Below are positions 58,136 through 64,000 of a stretch of 64,000 bases of DNA, in pieces. The DNA comes from Octopus sinensis. Lineage: Eukaryota. The stretch lies in NCBI RefSeq assembly GCF_006345805.1, contig NC_043001.1, forward strand, positions 92,442,001 through 92,506,000, in the 5' to 3' direction. Numbering within the stretch: the first letter of the stretch is position 1; every line of letters begins with the position of its first letter. The notes under the pieces were generated by a model that ran no database searches, was not told the origin of the DNA, and worked only from the letters and a program-made list of their open reading frames with translations. The position numbers were made by a program, and so were the translations under genes.

Positions 58136-61100
58136 AGAAGAAACATTATAAAAAAGAAATTAACAAAGAAAAGACTAAAAGAAACATTATAAAAAAGAAA
58201 TTACTAGAAGAAACATTATAAAAAAGAAATTACTAGAAGAAACATTATAAAAAAAAAAAAAAAAAAAAAAAAGAAATTACTGACTGAAGTAGAGATTGAT
58301 CAGGTTAGACAAGCAATATCGGATAAAATGAACGAAGCTGCAGCTAGAGAAGATAATACAGAGGAAATGATTATAGACCAGCCCAGGGCGGATAAAAACG
58401 AAGAGAGGATTGAAAGAGTTAGTATAAGTGATAGGCAAAGTGAAATACGCCCTGAACCAATCATAAACACTAAGACAGATGAGCATCAAATAGATAAAGA
58501 AAGTCACACAAATATTGACCCAACAGAACTACATGAGCTAAAAAATCAAATCATGATTGAATGGCTGAAAATTAAAGAAACCAGCATGGTGGATGAGCGT
58601 GATACACTTCCTAAAATCCGCAACTCTAACCAAAACATGAAATAATTGGTAAAATCCGGCTTGCACTTAAGGATATAATTTCAGTTAATGATGTTGATAT
58701 CACAAACCTCAACCACCTATACTATACATCCGCGAAAATCTCAACGATCCTATGTGGTGTAAAGATTAGAAAACGGCAACAGTCCCACAAAAAGCCTTCT
58801 TGGCAAGAGCGTCTGCAACAACAAATTAAAGTATTTAGATCTGACATTGAATATTTGAAAAACCTTAAGGCTCACAAGACTACCAAACCTACAAAAACCC
58901 AAAAATTACTGAAAAAATACAATATGAAAACTATACTTGATATTGATGCTACCATAGAAACCATCAAACAAAAGGTATCTGCCAAAGCTACCGCATAGCG
59001 AGGTATGAAAAGCGTGTTAGATTTTTCAAGGACAACAACATGTTCAAAAATAACACCAAGAATTTTTACAGGAAGATAGGAAAAACAGCGTTTACTGCAG
59101 GGTCTGTACCATCAAAAGAAGAAGTGCAGAGATTTTGGAATAAAATCTGGGCAGAAGAAAAAACACACAACGAAAAGGCCCCTGGATTGACAGAATATCT
59201 ACAGAACTGGACCCCTTAGAAGAGCAAAAGTGGGAGGGTGTCAAGGTAGAAGATATAAGATCTGCTCTCAGGAGGTCAAGCAAATGGAAGTCTCCAGGAA
59301 AGGATAAAATTCCTAACTTCTGGCTGAATGCCTTCCCAGAGAGCCATGAACTGCTAACAGAACTGTACAATGATGTTCTGCAACACCCTAGTAGGATGCC
59401 TCCTTGGCTAGTTAATGGGTTAACATTCCTGCTTCCAAAAAGTGAAGAAACAAATGAACCAAAAAACTATAGACCCATAACCTGCTTAACAACTATGTAC
59501 AAAACTCTAACATCTGTCCTGACGGAATATACCTATATAGTTTTTTAACAGACAGCAGCATATTCCCTAATGAACAGAAAGGATGTAAACGTGGATCCTA
59601 CGGCTGTAAAGACCAACTACTCATCAATAAGATGATCTTAGAAGATTGTCACAACGACACAAAAACTTATCAATAGCCTGGATAGACTATAAAAAGGCTT
59701 TTGATAGCCTACCACATAGCTGGATTAGGAAATGCCTTGAAATGTATAAGATAGCACCAACTCTGCGAAACTTCTTGACTGTAAGTATGAGATCATGGAG
59801 AACCACACTAACTCTGAACAGTGACAGTGAATCCCTAAATGCTGGTGATGTAAAAATTTCGTGTGGCATTTTCCAGGGTGACTCACTGTCACCACTCCTC
59901 TTTTGTTTATCCTTAATACCTCTCTCAAAGCTGCTCAATGACGCGCAGTACGGGTATAAAATGTTTGATAAAAATATAAATCATCTCGTTTACATGGATG
60001 ATTTAAAGCTTTTTGCAAAAAATGATCAACAACTCAAGGGCTTACTAGCGATAGTCAAACAATTCAGTGACGACATCAGAATGCAATTCGGCCTCGATAA
60101 ATGTGCAAAGGCTACCTTTATCAAAGGGAAAATGACAGAAACATCTAACGTTAACCTTGACCAACAGAATGTCATAAAAGAACTAGACCCAGCGGAGAGC
60201 TACAAGTACCTAGGGGTAATTGAAGGGAACGGAATAAGGCATTCAGAGATGAAGGAAAGGATCAGGAGAGAATGCTATCGAAGAGTGAGAGCAATACTCA
60301 AGACAGAGCTGAATGCAAGAAACAGGATCGAAGCAATCAATGCATTAGCTATACCAGTCGTGACTTACAGTTTCAATATTGTTAACTGGTCAATTACTGA
60401 AATATGTCAGCTCGACAGAAAAATAAGGAAACTGTTGACAATGCATAGAATGCACCACCCTAAGGCAGATACAGAACGACTCTATCTGCCAAGAAAAGAG
60501 GGAGGCCGTGGTCTTTTGCAACTGGCAATAACAATGAAGATTGCTACAATTGGCCTAGACACCTACCTGAAAAACTCTGAGGACTGGATGTTAAAACTTG
60601 TCTCAAAACATGAAAACAAGAAAGCATCATACTCAGTCACAAAACAGGCAAAGGAATATCTAAGTGAATTCCGAATACAACCAATTTCGGAATTAGAGAT
60701 AGACATACAAGAAACAAGCACAGAAAAAGCTAGGCGCATGAAAACCCGTGCCAAAACTGCGGCCTTAGATATTCTGAATAATAAATGGCAAGAAAAACCT
60801 CTCTACGGCAAATACCCAAAGAGAGCGAATAATGCAGATATCGACAAAGCCCTGACCCATCAATGGCTAATGGCCTCTGGCTTAAAATCTGAAACAGAGG
60901 GGTTTATCATAGCAGCTCAAGATCAATGCCTACCAACAAGAAACTACCAGGCCAACATATTAAAGATCAGAAGCAGTCCAACGTGTCGTGTATGCAAGCA
61001 ACAAAATGAAACCATTGACCATGTGGTCTCCAAGTGCAGTCTTCTAGCGCCTACAGAGTATCTCAACAGGCACGATAGAGCTGCACAATATATTCACTGG

Positions 61101-61765
61101 GTAATCTGTAAAAACCTGGATTTGCCCCATGAAAAAAACTGGTGGGAACACAAACAACCCCCAGTGCTTGAAAATGACCACATCTCACTCCTCTGGAACT
61201 TCACCATTCAAACTGACAGGAAGATAGATGCAAATAGGCCAGACATCATATTGAAAGACTTCAAACAAAGAACATGCCTCCTCATTGATATGACTGTCCC
61301 AATCGATATAAACGTATCTGTCAGGACCTACCAAAAACTGAGCAAATATAAAGATCTTGAAATAGAAATCAGCAAAATGTGGAAGCTGAAGACTAAAACA
61401 ATACCTGTTGTCATAGGTGCCCTGGGAATGATAGCAAAAGGGGCTGATAGCTACCTAACTCAGATACCAGGAAACCCAAAAATGGCAGAAGTTCAAAAGA
61501 TAGTGCTCATGGGAACTGCTCATATCCTACGCAAAATACTCTCTATGTAACCTCAAGGTTTAAAACAACCATAATTTTCGGTTTAAAAAAAAAAAAAAAA
61601 AAAACTTTTTTTTTTTAGACATTCATTAGTACAACATCCCCACCCCCCAAATATATGGCACACTAGGCATAACAACAACATGAACTTCCAACCCTGTTGT
61701 CTCTTGAGGTCTCTGGGTGAGACTTGGAGCCAACTTGTACAAATATAAAGCAAAAGTCAAACAGA

Positions 61766-61768
<3 letters not shown>
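58136..61768 (+). mobile_element. R4/Dong-clade LINE (RT, CCHC, restriction-like endonuclease), 5' truncated, inserted in (TAA)n
   Basis: ORF 59646-61550: WIDYKKAFD, GIFQGDSLSP, YMDDLKLF, CRVC...HVVSKC, RHD, RPDII...IDM...KLSKY. Frameshifts upstream; (TAA)n on both sides. Confidence 0.93.
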
Positions 61769-61841
<73 letters not shown>

Positions 61842-61842
<1 letters not shown>

Positions 61843-62262
61843 GGCCAACAGACCAGATATAGTTGTCAGAGACCATGAAGAAAAAAAATGCTTTCTAATT
61901 GATGTATCAAGACTGGCTGATGACAACGTGTCTCTAAAAGAAATGGAGAAACTCTCAAAATACAAAGACCTGGAAATAGAGATAACTAGAATGTGGAATC
62001 TGAAAACAGAAACAATTCCTATCATAGTAGGTGCATTAGGCATGATAAAAAATATTCAGACAAATACATAACAAAAACACCAGGACTTACAAACACATAT
62101 AACATACAGAAAATTGCACTACTAGGCACTGCACACATCCTACGCAGAACACTTTCCATAAAATAACCATCAGAGCATCACAACAAATCACAGCACATAT
62201 CCAAGGCACACAGAGCTGCGCTCGGTAGTGAAGTGAAAGCACGCTATAAAAATAAAACTACA
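61842..62262 (+). mobile_element. Short 3' fragment of another R4/Dong family (REL endonuclease and 3'UTR)
   Basis: NRPDIVVRDHEEKKCFLIDVS...KLSKYKDLEIEI; flanked by (TAA)n. Confidence 0.85.
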
Positions 62263-62389
62263 TAATAATAATAATAATAATAATGAAGAAGAAGAAGAAG
62301 AAGAAGAAGAAGAAGAAGAAGAAGAAGAAGAAGAAGAAGAAGAAGAAGAAGAAGAAGAAGAAGAAGAAAGAGCAACAGCAACAACAAAT

Positions 62390-63425
62390 AGGAGAGTGAA
62401 AGGAACATCTGGGGGAAAAGAACCACTCAGCCCGTATCTCGGACAAATGCAAGACCTTGGTTATGGCTGAAGAATAGGGTATTTAAGAAAGAAACAGAAG
62501 GATTCACAATGGCTTAAAGCCTATCATTGCGACCAGATATGCAGAGTATGTGATGAGAAAGAATAATCCGTTTTGCACTTATCAAATTCCTGTTGTCCTT
62601 TGTCACAGAATTTAGACACAGACGCCCCAGTGTGGCCATGGCACTACACTGAGATATATTACGGCAAAAATTTTGAAGTAGGAAGAAAATAGTACCAGCA
62701 TCAACGAAAAAGTGTAATTGAGAATGATAAGTATAAGGTCTTATGAACTTTAATATCACCTTGATCACCTTGACCGACCAGTACGTCGGGCGTCCATTTG
62801 ACACCGCTGGTCACAGCACGCTGTCCACTCCTCTCTGGATCTCGCCTTTCTCATCCACGTGATCCCAATCGTCCTCCTGAAATCGTAACTCCACCGTCGT
62901 GGAGGCCTTCCGGATGGTCGTTTCCGCTCGCGCGGGTACCACTCGATAGCTACGCGGGTCCACCGATTATCGGTGAGCCGGGCGACGTGTCCAGCCCATC
63001 TAAACTTGCTGCGTGTATACTCTGCGATGACATCCCTCACGCCGGACTTCTTTCTGATGATCTCGCTACTGATGTGCCCTCTCAACGAGATACCAAGCAT
63101 TGACCTTTCCATGGCTCTTTGGTAGTGAAACATGGGCTACCACAAAGAGAGAAGATGAACTTTAATATACTACGGCAAAAATTTTGAAGTAGGAAGAAAA
63201 TGGTACCAGCATCAACGAGAAAGTGTAATTGAGAATGATAAGTATAAGGTCTTATGTACTTTAATATACGGACTGAATACGAACTTCATGCAAGGCGACC
63301 AGATATCATCGTTCTGGACAAGGGGAAAAAGTAGTGCATAAGAAAATATCAGGATTTGGTTAGGGAAATTCGGCGACTCTGGCGGGATTTCCCAAAACTA
63401 ATAGGTGCTCTAGAAACCGATACCA
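62390..63425 (+). mobile_element. Old REL-LINE fragment interrupted by an RTE insertion
   Basis: LRKETEGF, CRVCDE, WYQHQRESVIENDKYKV and ARRPDII remnants. Confidence 0.65.
62757..63126 (-). mobile_element. RTE-clade LINE 3' fragment
   Basis: QRAMERSMLGISL...KFRWAGHVARLTDNRWT...WYPRERKRPSGRPPRRW; short tandem 3' tail tcaaggtga. Confidence 0.9.
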
Positions 63426-64000
63426 TCCACACCAGACTCATCCACCTTTCAACAAAAATACCGGAACTTGAAAAGTCGATGCCGGCTTTCAACCTCGTCC
63501 ACCATACTACTACCGGTTTCACCACAGCCACCAATCTGCTTTCCTTTCAACCTCATCCTCCACATTACCTCTTTCGCTATAGCCACCAAACTGGAAAGCT
63601 GCTTTCCCTTACCGGCCGAAAGAAGGCGACAAGGCGATCTTCACAATGGACTCAGCTGATAACCGAATCCGTCCGGCACGCCTCAACAGCAGTACGACAA
63701 AGCTCCCCACGCCAGCAATGTCAGGAGCCTGGATGAGTGCATACAGGACGGTTTGATCATCCTGTGGGTCCGTCTTACAGTACAACCGGGCCTATAGAGC
63801 TTGTGTTGATCTGGTAAAGCTCGCCGGTAACACTGTCATGCCAGAGATTTCTGGAAATTATCTATGGGTCTCGGCCCGAAAGGGCTCTCTAAAAGACCAG
63901 CTAATTGTTCTCTTCGACGCCCAGAATTTCCCCGAGGACGTCGTCGCTCTTGCTCGCCATTAATCCCCTATAGAACTCCAATGTGGAACATCCACCGACC

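Noticed and set aside
59646-61550. Active, intact LINE or host gene
   Set aside because: The ORF lacks the RT N-terminus, the upstream region has frameshifts, and the element is 5' truncated.
63440-64000. GC-richer terminal segment, possibly a LINE 5' region or ORF1
   Set aside because: Cut by the window edge, with no diagnostic motif.

Overview
AT-rich eukaryotic genomic DNA dense in microsatellites and SINEs. The repeat landscape looks like an octopus (coleoid cephalopod) genome; this is inferred, not confirmed. The only host genes found are three tandem + strand paralogs encoding ANL-superfamily (acyl-CoA synthetase/luciferase-like) adenylate-forming enzymes. Each has a 146-nt first coding exon, a phase-2 intron and one ~1.45-1.53 kb exon (528, 557 and 546 aa). 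They keep the P-loop and catalytic Lys but have remodelled A5/A6/A7/A8 motifs, and they show patchwork similarity suggesting gene conversion. The rest is transposable elements: tRNA-derived SINEs, mariners, a Tigger-like MITE, non-autonomous Helitrons, Penelope-like fragments, CR1/RTE/Tx1 fragments, and a pile-up of R4/Dong-type LINEs in a (TAA)n array. Six minimal type I hammerhead ribozyme motifs of the Penelope pLTR type were found by eye, one inside a perfect 93-bp inverted repeat. TE boundaries without a stated TSD or TIR are approximate.
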